From positions 96,001 to 160,000 of the forward strand of contig JBNKBE010000011.1 of assembly GCA_050287085.1 (NCBI GenBank): 64,000 nucleotides of DNA, read 5' to 3'. Shown piece by piece: positions 19,768 through 29,116 of this stretch. Within the stretch, counting starts at the first letter, position 1; every line of letters begins with the position of its first letter. The notes below the pieces were generated by a model. That model saw only the letters and a program-made list of their open reading frames with translations, did not search any database and was not told where the DNA came from. A program made the translations under genes and the position numbers. Source of the stretch: Polyangiaceae bacterium. Lineage in GTDB: Bacteria > Myxococcota_A > Polyangia > Polyangiales > Polyangiaceae.

Positions 19768-21231
19768 GTGCAGCGAAAAACTATGGGTCGTCCGTGGCGA
19801 GACGGAACGATCTCCGCTCTGCGACAACTGGCCGCAGACTGCTGCTCATCAGAATTCAGAGCCTACTTCGCCAATACGACAGAACTCTGGTCCGCGCCGC
19901 CGTGGCTTTCGACCACCACGGAGCGAACGCGGCGCATCGCAGCACACTGTGCAGAACGCCTGCGGGCCCACAACGTGGAGGCCCGCTTGGCGCTCGGCAT
20001 CGGGCAGCTGACGTCTGAGCTCGCGGCGGCGACCTGTCCGCCGGAGGCCACTGACGACTGGCTCAACGCGCACGCCTTGTTGACGGCCTGGATGTACATC
20101 GTCGACGACGGTGTTCAGCTTCTTACGTCAAACGAAGACGACAACACCTGGCTCCAAGACGCCGTCGAGTGTCTGGTCAATGCGCATATCGGACACTGGC
20201 ACCTCGGGCTGTCCGGTCCCCGCAGCGGTGAGTTCTCCAAGTACTCGACCTGCCTCGAACTGCCCTGCTCGAACCACACGGCGGCCGCCGCTGACGCCGA
20301 TAGACAGGAGCGCCGCTCTCAGGCGTGGCGCAAGTTGAACGCGTGGGGTCTGCTGCTCGAGGAAGTGGCGCGTGATGTTGCGAAGCTCTCTCCGAACAGA
20401 GCCGCCGTGAGAATCGACTGCGCCCCACTGACGAGTGAACTCCGGCTCTCGCTACTGAGCAAGATCGAAGAGGCGGCTACGGCTCCGACGACGGTCACGG
20501 ACTACATCGTTCGCCACGAACGCACGGGACATGTCCTCGTGTGCTTGGAGCTCAATGTGTTATTGGCCCGTTGGCAACTGCAGGGCAATGGGCTCCAGGA
20601 GATCACAAGACCGCCCCAAAGGCTCATCGAGGGCGGGCTTCGCTGCGCAGTCCGCGCCGCCAATCGCGCAGTCCTGCTATCCAATGAGCTCTGCTTCGCA
20701 AAGGATATCGGAGAGGCGGAAGAGTCTTTGATGGCCGTGCTCATCGCCTCCCATGAGACAAGCGCGGACAACGGCCCCGAGTCGGCAAGAACAGCGGCGG
20801 GACACGGCCAGCTGCTGCGACAAGGCCTGGCCAGCCGCGCGGGCTACGACGCGGCGAAAGCCATTTTGACCATGCTCCGGGGGCAGATGACAACGCTTGT
20901 CGACGCGCTTGAGAGCTTCGGCGGCCTGGCCCTGCCAAAGCCCTTGTCCGTCCCGGGTCTGCTCTTGGAGTGGGTCTTCGGATACCATTTTCTCAATCCG
21001 ACGACGCAGCGCTATGGAGTTGGTTTCAACACCGTTTGGGCCGCCGCGGAGGGTGAAGAGCACGCCTTCATGCGCCGGGCCTCAGAGCAGGTCGCGCCGG
21101 TCAGCGGCACCTTGAGGCTCCGTGGCGCCACGACCGCGCCCGACGAACCCGTCGCGGCGGCGATCGCAGCGGGCTCAGATTGGGAGCCCCAGCGACAGCA
21201 CGCGAGGCGTCCCTGCGTCACCGACGACTGA
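19768..21231 (+). CDS. Class I terpene synthase-fold protein with degenerate metal-binding motifs
   Basis: Ordered motifs ELAAATCPPEA, AWMYIVDDGVQ (DDxxD site), DYIVRHERTG (effector region), LSNELCFAKD (NSE site), EWVFGYHFLNPTTQRY (terminal RY). Confidence 0.65.
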   Translation: MQRKTMGRPWRDGTISALRQLAADCCSSEFRAYFANTTELWSAPPWLSTTTERTRRIAAHCAERLRAHNVEARLALGIGQLTSELAAATCPPEATDDWLNAHALLTAWMYIVDDGVQLLTSNEDDNTWLQDAVECLVNAHIGHWHLGLSGPRSGEFSKYSTCLELPCSNHTAAAADADRQERRSQAWRKLNAWGLLLEEVARDVAKLSPNRAAVRIDCAPLTSELRLSLLSKIEEAATAPTTVTDYIVRHERTGHVLVCLELNVLLARWQLQGNGLQEITRPPQRLIEGGLRCAVRAANRAVLLSNELCFAKDIGEAEESLMAVLIASHETSADNGPESARTAAGHGQLLRQGLASRAGYDAAKAILTMLRGQMTTLVDALESFGGLALPKPLSVPGLLLEWVFGYHFLNPTTQRYGVGFNTVWAAAEGEEHAFMRRASEQVAPVSGTLRLRGATTAPDEPVAAAIAAGSDWEPQRQHARRPCVTDD

Positions 21232-21605
21232 CGGGCGCCCTTGCGACGCGAAGCGAGACAGGGGGCAATGGGACCGAACCCCGGCAGGCCAGACAGCGGC
21301 TCAGGCCGGGTTGGCTGCTGAACGGACATTCGCTCGGGAGCCACACAGAGGCATATGGGTCTCGAATCCGTGCCCCTTTCCAGCGCGACGGCGAATGATT
21401 CGCCTTCTGATGTAAAATCCCTCGGGAAATGGTGGACAGCGCCGGCGCGCTGAGGCACGCAGCCGTTTCCACACTGGGACAAGTCCTAGGCTCGTGTCCG
21501 CCCCGCCCCAGCGGCGCCGCGGACCCGCTGAGCGCCGTTCGTCGAGCACTTCGGCTGCGAGCCTAAGCGACAGAACCCCAGCGGCAATCAGGAGAATAGC
21601 CAGAA

Positions 21606-22658
21606 ATGACCGCAATCAAAGTAGTGTCGCTCCCCGGCGACGGCATCGGCCCTGAAGTCAACGCGCAAGCCGAAAAGGTGCTCAAGCTGGTCTGCCAGCG
21701 AGCTGGGCGCAGCGTGGAGGTGGTGGAGATGCCGATCGGCGGAGTGGCGCTCGACGCGGGCCAACCGTCCCTGCCAGACGCCACCAAGCAGGCCTGTCTA
21801 CAAGCCGACGCGGTGCTGCTGGGCGCAGTGGGTCTTCCCAAGTACGACGGCGTGGCCGGCGATCGTCCCGAGGTAGGCCTATTGGCTTTGCGCAAGGCGT
21901 TGGGTGTGTACGCCAACCTCCGTCCCGTACGGTCCATCCCCGCGCTGATCGCGGCCTCCCCTCTGAAAGAGGAAATCGTGCGCGGAACCGATATGCTCGT
22001 CGTCCGCGAGCTGCTCGGTGGCGTCTACTTTGGAGAGCCTCGCGGCAACGACGGCAAGTATGCTTTCAACACCATGGCGTATTCGGTCGAAGAGATCCGC
22101 CGCGTAGCGCGGGTCGCCTTCGAAAACGCCCGCCTGCGCCGCGGCAAAGTGACCAGCGTGGACAAGGCAAATGTGCTTGACGTCTCCCAGCTCTGGCGCA
22201 ACACGGTGGTGGCTCTGCATAAGGAGGAGTACTCGGACGTCACCCTCGAACACCAATACGTCGACTCGGTGGCTATGGACCTGATCCGCAACCCAACTCG
22301 CTTCGACGTCATGGTCACCTCCAACCTCTTCGGGGACATCCTGACGGACGCAGGCGCGGTCCTTCCCGGTTCCATCGGCCTGCTCGCGAGCGCAAGCTTG
22401 GGCGACGGTCCTGGTCTATTCGAGCCGATCCACGGCTCGGCACCGGACATCGCCGGAAAGGGCATTGCCAACCCACTCGGCGCGATTGGCTCGGTTGCCT
22501 GGATGTTCAACACGACGCTCAAGATGCCCGAGCAGGGCAAATGGGTCAGCGACGCCATCGACCTTGTCTTGGAGCAGGGGCACCGCACAAGAGACCTCGG
22601 CGGAAACCTAAGCACGGAAGAAATGGGGACCTTGATATGCCAAGCCCTGGACAAGTAA
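21606..22658 (+). CDS. leuB: 3-isopropylmalate dehydrogenase
   Basis: LPGDGIGPEV, YANLRPV, VDKANVL, NLFGDILTD, FEPIHGSAPDIAGKG. AGGAG ribosome-binding site. Confidence 0.97.
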   Translation: MTAIKVVSLPGDGIGPEVNAQAEKVLKLVCQRAGRSVEVVEMPIGGVALDAGQPSLPDATKQACLQADAVLLGAVGLPKYDGVAGDRPEVGLLALRKALGVYANLRPVRSIPALIAASPLKEEIVRGTDMLVVRELLGGVYFGEPRGNDGKYAFNTMAYSVEEIRRVARVAFENARLRRGKVTSVDKANVLDVSQLWRNTVVALHKEEYSDVTLEHQYVDSVAMDLIRNPTRFDVMVTSNLFGDILTDAGAVLPGSIGLLASASLGDGPGLFEPIHGSAPDIAGKGIANPLGAIGSVAWMFNTTLKMPEQGKWVSDAIDLVLEQGHRTRDLGGNLSTEEMGTLICQALDK

Positions 22659-22717
22659 ACACAGATCTAGCCGAGACACTGCCCCCCCGCAGCCAGGCTG
22701 CCGTGGAAGGGGAGTCG

Positions 22718-24427
22718 ATGCGTGGTGCTCGCATCGTTATCGAAGGCTTGTTGCGCGAAGGGGTAGACCTCATATTCGGCTACCCTGGCGGCGCAATTCT
22801 GCACGTGTACGATGAGTTGCACAAAGCCCAGGACCGTATCCGCCACATCCTCGTTCGCCACGAACAAGGCGCGGTCCACGCCGCGGAGGGTTTCGCTCGC
22901 TCCACCGGGCGCGTGGGCGTGGCCATGGTCACGTCGGGTCCAGGTGCCACGAACGTCGTAACAGGGCTGCAAAACGCCATGATGGACTCGACTCCGCTTG
23001 TCGTCATCAGCGGCCAGGTGGTTAGCAGTCTGATTGGCACGGACGGCTTTCAAGAGGCTGACGTGGTCGGCATTACGCGACCGTGCACCAAGTACAACTA
23101 CTTGGTGAAGGACGTGAAAGACATCGCGCGGGTCATGAAAGAAGCGTTTCATCTTGCGCGTTCCGGACGACCAGGGCCGGTACTCGTCGACATCCCGAAG
23201 GACATCACGGCGATGGAAACGGAGTTCTACTGGCCGGAGTCCGTCAACCTGCCTTCGTACAAGCCGACAATTCGCGGACATAACCTGCAGGTAAAGAAAG
23301 CCGTCGATCTGATTGGGACTTTCGAGCGAGCCATCATCTACGCGGGCGGCGGAGTGGTGGCTTCCGGCGCCGAGCAGGAGCTCTATGAGCTTTCTAGTCG
23401 CCTCAACGTGCCGGTCACCGCAACGTTGATGGGACTGGGTTGTTATCCCCCGGGCGACCCCCGCTATCTCGGCATGCTCGGAATGCACGGCACCTATTCG
23501 GCCAACATGGCCATGTACGAGAGCGAACTCATCATCGCCGTAGGCGCGCGCTTTGACGACCGCGTTACCGGCGTGTTGAGCAAGTTTGCTCCCAAGGCGC
23601 ATAAGATCCACATCGACATCGATCCCACGAGCCTCAACAAGAATGTGCAGGTTGACGTGCCGATTGTCGGAGACGCAAAGACGGTTCTGCGCCAGCTATT
23701 GGAGGCCCTGCCGGAGCAAGCGCCGCCCCCGCGTGAGACGTGGTGGCAAGAGCTACGGAGCTGGCTCAGCCGGTACCCGCTCGCGTATAAGAAGGACCCG
23801 GAGAGCATCAAGCCCCAGTTCCTATTCGAGGAACTCGCGAGTCTGACACAAGGCAAGTACATCCTGTCGACCGACGTGGGCCAGCACCAGATGTGGGCGG
23901 CCCAGTACTACCCCGCGGATAGTTCTCGCAAGTGGTTGACCTCGGGCGGGCTCGGAACAATGGGTTATGGCTTACCGGCCGCCATGGGCGCCGCCACCCG
24001 CTCCGACGAACCCGTGGTCTGCATTACGGGAGACGGTTCGTTCCAGATGTGCATTCAGGAGCTGGCCACCTGTGTTCACGAAGGCCTCAACGTGAAGGTC
24101 ATCGTCATGAACAACAACTTCCTGGGAATGGTGCGGCAATGGCAGGAGATGTTCTACTCGCGCCGCTACAGCGAAGTGGGCATGAAGTACTTCCCAGATT
24201 TCAAGCTGATTGCTGAAGCTTATGGCGCGACCGGTTTGCGAGCGGAAAAGCCGTCAGAGCTGAGGGCGGTCCTAGAGCAGGGCTTCGCCACGCCCGGAAC
24301 AGTCATCATGGATGTCATCGTTCACAAGGAAAGCAATGTGTTCCCGATGATCCCCGCCGGAGCCGGCCACAACGAATTGGTCATGGACCCTGAGGTCTTC
24401 ACGGACTTCGACAAGGAGCCCAAATGA
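22718..24427 (+). CDS. ilvB: Acetolactate synthase large subunit (biosynthetic type)
   Basis: FGYPGGA, RHEQGA, TSGPGATN, GMLGMHG, DVGQHQMW, GDGS...NN ThDP motif, GMVRQWQ. Confidence 0.96.
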   Translation: MRGARIVIEGLLREGVDLIFGYPGGAILHVYDELHKAQDRIRHILVRHEQGAVHAAEGFARSTGRVGVAMVTSGPGATNVVTGLQNAMMDSTPLVVISGQVVSSLIGTDGFQEADVVGITRPCTKYNYLVKDVKDIARVMKEAFHLARSGRPGPVLVDIPKDITAMETEFYWPESVNLPSYKPTIRGHNLQVKKAVDLIGTFERAIIYAGGGVVASGAEQELYELSSRLNVPVTATLMGLGCYPPGDPRYLGMLGMHGTYSANMAMYESELIIAVGARFDDRVTGVLSKFAPKAHKIHIDIDPTSLNKNVQVDVPIVGDAKTVLRQLLEALPEQAPPPRETWWQELRSWLSRYPLAYKKDPESIKPQFLFEELASLTQGKYILSTDVGQHQMWAAQYYPADSSRKWLTSGGLGTMGYGLPAAMGAATRSDEPVVCITGDGSFQMCIQELATCVHEGLNVKVIVMNNNFLGMVRQWQEMFYSRRYSEVGMKYFPDFKLIAEAYGATGLRAEKPSELRAVLEQGFATPGTVIMDVIVHKESNVFPMIPAGAGHNELVMDPEVFTDFDKEPK

Positions 24428-24930
24428 GCGACAATCGGCATCTGATCAGCATCCTGGTCGAAAACAGCCCGGGGGAGCTCGCGCGCATTGTGGGATTGTT
24501 CAGCGGACGGGGTTTCAACATCGATTCGCTCGCCGTCAACACCACCACCGATCCGGAGCGATCCCGGGTGGTGCTGACCACCCAGGGTGACGCTCGCGTA
24601 GTCGAGCAGATCACGAAGCAGCTAAACAAGCTGGTCAAGGTCTACAAGGTTCATCATCTACAAGGTGACGGGCATGTGGAGCGAGAATTGTGTCTGGCAA
24701 CGATCCGCGCCAGCACCCCGGCAGCACGCGACGATCTCGAGCGCTCGGTGCGATTGACTGGCGGCAAGGTGCTTTCGTTCAATCGCGAGCAGTTTCTCGT
24801 CGAGGTCTCAGGGACGGAATACGAGATCGATCAGTTTCTTGAAATGGTGCGCCCGCTCGGCGTGCGCAACATGGTGAGAAGCGCTCCCGTTGCGATAGCC
24901 AAGCCCAGCGACGACAAGAGCGAGGACTAG
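24424..24930 (+). CDS. ilvN: Acetolactate synthase small (regulatory, ACT) subunit
   Basis: VENSPGELARIVGLFSGRGFNIDSL, EQITKQLNKLV. ATGA overlap with ilvB. Confidence 0.95.
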   Translation: MSDNRHLISILVENSPGELARIVGLFSGRGFNIDSLAVNTTTDPERSRVVLTTQGDARVVEQITKQLNKLVKVYKVHHLQGDGHVERELCLATIRASTPAARDDLERSVRLTGGKVLSFNREQFLVEVSGTEYEIDQFLEMVRPLGVRNMVRSAPVAIAKPSDDKSED

Positions 24931-25029
24931 AACAGACTGCCCGGGCATCGTGGTATCGTGCTGTACCTGCAAACAGGTGCGCCGATACCACGGCCTTGCC
25001 AATCGCACAGCGGCGTGTGGTGAGCTCGC

Positions 25030-26604
25030 TCAGTCGCGCCACTGTGTCCACTGCGATGCCAAGGGGGGGCGGAACTGCACCCAGGAACGCCCGAGAGCTC
25101 GGCGCTCCCCACTGGGCATCGAGACAACAACGTTTCCAAGTAGTTGATTGCCTTCTACAGGGTGCCCAAGAAGAGCGACGTCCCGCGCGTCGCCGATTTG
25201 GAGCAGCGGCCCTCTGGCTCCGACGTTGACGAAGAAGGTGTTGTCTCGCACTGCATTCGCGTCGTCGCGAACGCGAACGGCTAGACGCGACGACAGCATG
25301 TAGAAGCGATTGTGATCGACCAGATTGAACTGCGCATAGTCTCTGGTTAACACCTTTGCCCCGTAGCGCCACTTCTGATCGCCGCACGGTGGCGTGTTCG
25401 ATGCACGCCATTGACGGGAGGCGATCTCGATGACGGCGGGCGACCTTGTGTCCGTGTCAGGCGCGACAAACACATTGTGTGCTATTCGGTTGGCAGCAGC
25501 CCACTGGCGTCGATAGAACTGATGCGTCAGCTGCACGTTCTCGGAGCAATTCTTGTATAGAGCCACGGCTCCCTTCGAGTTCTGGTAGAAGAGATTGCCC
25601 ACTATCAAATTTGCTGCGGAAGCGTCGACGGCGATCGATTCCCGCCCGGCGCTCCCTAGGAAACACGAATTGCGGATCGTAGCGGCGCGGCTTCCGTGAT
25701 CTAAGTAGATACCAACGCGGGAGCGCTCAATGCGCACCCCATCGATTTCGACGTTCTGCAGGTGATCGTGCACATAGATGCCGACGCGAGCTCGGCGTAC
25801 CGAGACGTTTCGCAGGGTGATGTTCCGAGGCGATAGGGCTCGAAGCGAGTCTGCCGGAGAAGGTTGTCCCGGGAGGTCCCAGCGCCCGTCGTTTCTCATT
25901 CCCGAGAGCACACGCTCGTACTCCGCAACGTCGAAGCTATTGCGGCGGTTGTATGCGTTCGAAAGGTACACGCCGAACCGGAAGCGCTCAAAGCCGCAGT
26001 TCTGGACGACAACACGGTCTACCAGAGTCGAGCTGGCCAGCCATGGGCCCGCTGTCGCTTCCTCGCGGGTCAGGAGATGAAGTCCTTGGAGTCGTTCTCG
26101 CGTCCCCACGAAGACGCTACCGCCGCAGTCCAGGGTTACGTCGGAAGCGGCAATTAGAAGATCTACGTCGCTAAAACGACAAGCTTCGGTCAGGCGCAAC
26201 GAGCGGTCGATGCGCGCAGTTCCGGACTGGCCGCCACCGAGAAATGTCGCGCGGAAAGCGGAGCAGTCGAACGTCTGAACGGCTGGGCTCGACTTGGTTT
26301 CCGCGGCAAGCGCCGGCCTCGCAAAGTCCGCGACGGAAAAACGACGACGCAGCGCTCCACAATCTTCGTCCGAAACTGGCGATCGCCCCCCAGTTGAATC
26401 ATGAGCGCGAACGAGCGGTTCAGCCGCCAACGCCGGGAGACACAGGCCCACCACAAGGAAGCCAACGACCACGGCCGAGCGAACCACAGCGCATCCCAGA
26501 GCCGCCGGTGACCTCATCAAACGCTCAGCTATTTCCGCACGGAACAGATGGTCCAACGCCATGACTCGCATCATGGACACCACAGGCGCCGCTGACCCGC
26601 CCAA
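25030..26604 (-). CDS. Secreted right-handed parallel beta-helix repeat protein
   Basis: Repeated VGIYV/VGIYL, NITLRNV, NLIVGN and N-x-I-x-x-N ladders. Hydrophobic signal-like segment near the N-terminus. Start uncertain. Confidence 0.75.
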   Translation of the reverse strand: MGGSAAPVVSMMRVMALDHLFRAEIAERLMRSPAALGCAVVRSAVVVGFLVVGLCLPALAAEPLVRAHDSTGGRSPVSDEDCGALRRRFSVADFARPALAAETKSSPAVQTFDCSAFRATFLGGGQSGTARIDRSLRLTEACRFSDVDLLIAASDVTLDCGGSVFVGTRERLQGLHLLTREEATAGPWLASSTLVDRVVVQNCGFERFRFGVYLSNAYNRRNSFDVAEYERVLSGMRNDGRWDLPGQPSPADSLRALSPRNITLRNVSVRRARVGIYVHDHLQNVEIDGVRIERSRVGIYLDHGSRAATIRNSCFLGSAGRESIAVDASAANLIVGNLFYQNSKGAVALYKNCSENVQLTHQFYRRQWAAANRIAHNVFVAPDTDTRSPAVIEIASRQWRASNTPPCGDQKWRYGAKVLTRDYAQFNLVDHNRFYMLSSRLAVRVRDDANAVRDNTFFVNVGARGPLLQIGDARDVALLGHPVEGNQLLGNVVVSMPSGERRALGRSWVQFRPPLASQWTQWRD

Positions 26605-26892
26605 ATAGCCCTCGACTCCAGCCGGACTCGGCCAGCGGGGCTGCCTCTTGACTCCGCGCGGGGAAAAGGCTTGTCCCAGCCGACGCCTCTTACCCGCCGC
26701 ACTGTCCGCGCGCAGCGGAGCAAATGCAATCGCCGCCCTGTCGACCTCAACACCGGCGTCTAGGCGGTCCCTGAAGAGCTCCTACCGTGACGGACGAACC
26801 GGAAGTGGCGCCGCCGCACGGCGACCGGCCGTCGCCATTCTGATCTAGTTCGAGGATTTCCCCTGTGGACTCGTTGGCACTACAATGGCCCA

Positions 26893-27894
26893 ATGGTTTC
26901 CGATGACTCCTTCACCGAGTGGCCCAACTTCAACCAGATCCCGCAAGAAGACTCTCTGACCGTCTCGCGGCCGAAGGGACAGGCCCTCTCCGAGTACATT
27001 TGGTGGAATGGGGTTATCAAGCCGGCGGCCGAACAGAGCGTCCACTACTACGCCAACGCCCTGCACTACGGAACCGCAGTTTTTGAAGGGATTCGGTGTT
27101 ACCCAACGCCCAAAGGCCCGGCGCTCTTCCGATTGCGAGAGCACATGCAGCGCCTGCTCGCATCCGCCAAGTTGTACGGGATGAACCCAGGCTTCAGCTT
27201 GGACGAGTTATGTGACGGGGCGCTTTCCGTGGCGAGGAAAAACGGAGTGGCCAACGCTTACCTTCGACCGCTGGCGTTTTTTGGCTACGGCCCGATCGAC
27301 ATAACGCCGAAGAAGGAGTGCCAGGTCAGCGTCTTCATCGCAACCCGAGAACTCGGCTCTTTTCTCGGAGGCAAGGCGATTCGCAACGGCATCAACGCCA
27401 CGATCTCGTCGTGGCATAAGTTCCCCCACAGCTGCCTACCCACGATGGCGAAAGCTAGTGGTCACTACGCCAACAACGTGCTGGCGGCCCATGAAGCGAT
27501 GGATCGAGGCTGTGACGACGCCATCTTGCTCAATCCAGACGGCACCGTGTCCAGCACGACCGGCGGCAATCTATTCTTCGTCCGCGAGCGAACGCTTTTT
27601 ACCAACGATGAGCGCTCGTCGATCATTCCGGGCATCACCCGGGACACCATCTTGACCCTCGCGCGAGACGCCGGGGTTAGCATCGTGATCCGCCCCTTCA
27701 CGCGTGAGGAGCTCCTGCGCGCTGACGAGGTCTTCATGACGGGGACGGCGGCAGAGGTAACACCCATCTCGGCCATCGACGGCTTCAGCTTTCGCGTGGA
27801 CAAGGCAACGCTTGCGACGCAACTTCAGCGCGCGTATATGGCGACCGTCACCGGGCGAAACGAGCGTCACGAGGAATGGGTCTCCCCGCTGTGA
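26893..27894 (+). CDS. ilvE: Branched-chain amino acid aminotransferase (PLP fold IV)
   Basis: ALHYGTAVFEGIRCY, AYLRPL, AKASGHY (catalytic Lys), IPGITRD, EVFMTGTAAEVTP. Confidence 0.95.
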   Translation: MVSDDSFTEWPNFNQIPQEDSLTVSRPKGQALSEYIWWNGVIKPAAEQSVHYYANALHYGTAVFEGIRCYPTPKGPALFRLREHMQRLLASAKLYGMNPGFSLDELCDGALSVARKNGVANAYLRPLAFFGYGPIDITPKKECQVSVFIATRELGSFLGGKAIRNGINATISSWHKFPHSCLPTMAKASGHYANNVLAAHEAMDRGCDDAILLNPDGTVSSTTGGNLFFVRERTLFTNDERSSIIPGITRDTILTLARDAGVSIVIRPFTREELLRADEVFMTGTAAEVTPISAIDGFSFRVDKATLATQLQRAYMATVTGRNERHEEWVSPL

Positions 27895-27904
27895 TATTCG
27901 ACCG

Positions 27905-29116
27905 CTATCTCTCGTCGTAAGCGTTGGTCTGCAGCGCGGCCGCCTCCGGACGAAGAGCACCCTTCGGAAACTGCTCACGGTAGCGAGCAAGCAGACTCTG
28001 CGCACCACTACGATCCCCCACCGCCAGCCGCGCTCGGACCTGGCTTAGGATGTTGAGTTCCGCCTTGAGCAGAGAGCTCTGTACAACCTCTCGAGCAGAT
28101 GACGCCTCGGGTGCCTTGGTCGGCGCGGCAGGTCGTGTACGAGCGCGGCGGCGGACGCGCTCCGGCCGAGACGACACGGCCTTGGACACCAACGGCTCAG
28201 CGCTCCGACCGTCGGTCCGGGTCATGCCCCGCAACGAAAGCTCGCCTCCCGTGTCGGCCGAAACGGCGGGGGCGACTTGGATACTCTCCACCTCACGCCC
28301 AGGTGACTCAGCCCTCACGGCCTGAGCCACCTCCGCGCCCGGCTCCGCGTGGCTCCCCACCACAGCCTCCGACTCGGAGCGGGACATCGGCTCGCTGGCT
28401 CCCATACGCTCCCCGGAAAGCCAAGAGTGCACAGGACCCGCAGCACCATAGCCAATCAGTGCGCTGCTCATCGCAGCCCCCGCCAATAGCCCCGCCTTGA
28501 GCATGACCCCCCAAGTGCCAGCGGCAAACCATCCGGTGCTCGCGGCCCCGCCGCAAGTGACCGTCGCGCCCCCTGCTGAAACCCCGACCGCGTTGTAGGC
28601 GGCAGCAGCACTCCCCGTCGCTGTTAGGCTGCTTCCGCCGGCCACAGCGCTCCCCAGAAAGGGTACCCCCAAAGCGGGGGCCTCGGATAGAACTCCGGCC
28701 GAAACCGCTGCGCTTCCGCCCGCGACACCTGCCAGGCCGGCCCCGGTCAGAGTGGCGGCGGAGGACGCGGAGACGGCACCTCCGAGGCATCCCGAGGCGG
28801 TGGCTTCAGCTCCGGTCAGCACAGCGCCGTGAGCTACTGCAGCGCCGTGAGCTACTGCAGCGCCGTGAGCTACTGCAGCGCCGTGAGCTACTGCAGCGCC
28901 GTGAGCTACTGCAGCCGGCGTCGAAACCACGCCACCGTGAGTGACGCCGTGAGCGGCAGCCGTGCCCCATCCGCCACCCAATGCCACGCCCAAAGCCGCG
29001 TGCACCCGATGCAGCGTGCGTTCGGGCGCTCGTTCACACGCCGCAAGAGCTAGAATCTGCCCTCCCAGTGGGCTTCCCCCACCGTCAACCAGGCGCCGAA
29101 ACTCTGATTCAGCCAT
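27905..29116 (-). CDS. Putative anti-sigma factor-like membrane protein (module 1)
   Basis: Overlaps the ECF stop. Ala/Gly-rich linker, single TM, C-terminal helical LKAELNILSQVRARL...YREQFPKGALRPEA domain. Confidence 0.6.
   Translation of the reverse strand: MAESEFRRLVDGGGSPLGGQILALAACERAPERTLHRVHAALGVALGGGWGTAAAHGVTHGGVVSTPAAVAHGAAVAHGAAVAHGAAVAHGAAVAHGAVLTGAEATASGCLGGAVSASSAATLTGAGLAGVAGGSAAVSAGVLSEAPALGVPFLGSAVAGGSSLTATGSAAAAYNAVGVSAGGATVTCGGAASTGWFAAGTWGVMLKAGLLAGAAMSSALIGYGAAGPVHSWLSGERMGASEPMSRSESEAVVGSHAEPGAEVAQAVRAESPGREVESIQVAPAVSADTGGELSLRGMTRTDGRSAEPLVSKAVSSRPERVRRRARTRPAAPTKAPEASSAREVVQSSLLKAELNILSQVRARLAVGDRSGAQSLLARYREQFPKGALRPEAAALQTNAYDER
28822..28915. repeat. Perfect tandem repeat, 18 bp x5 (cagcgccgtgagctactg), encoding (AVAHGA)n
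   Basis: Read directly from the sequence. Confidence 0.95.

Noticed and set aside
26875..26890. Sigma54-like TGGCAC-N5-TGGC before ilvE
   Set aside because: The -12 element is imperfect and the implied start site would fall inside the predicted CDS.
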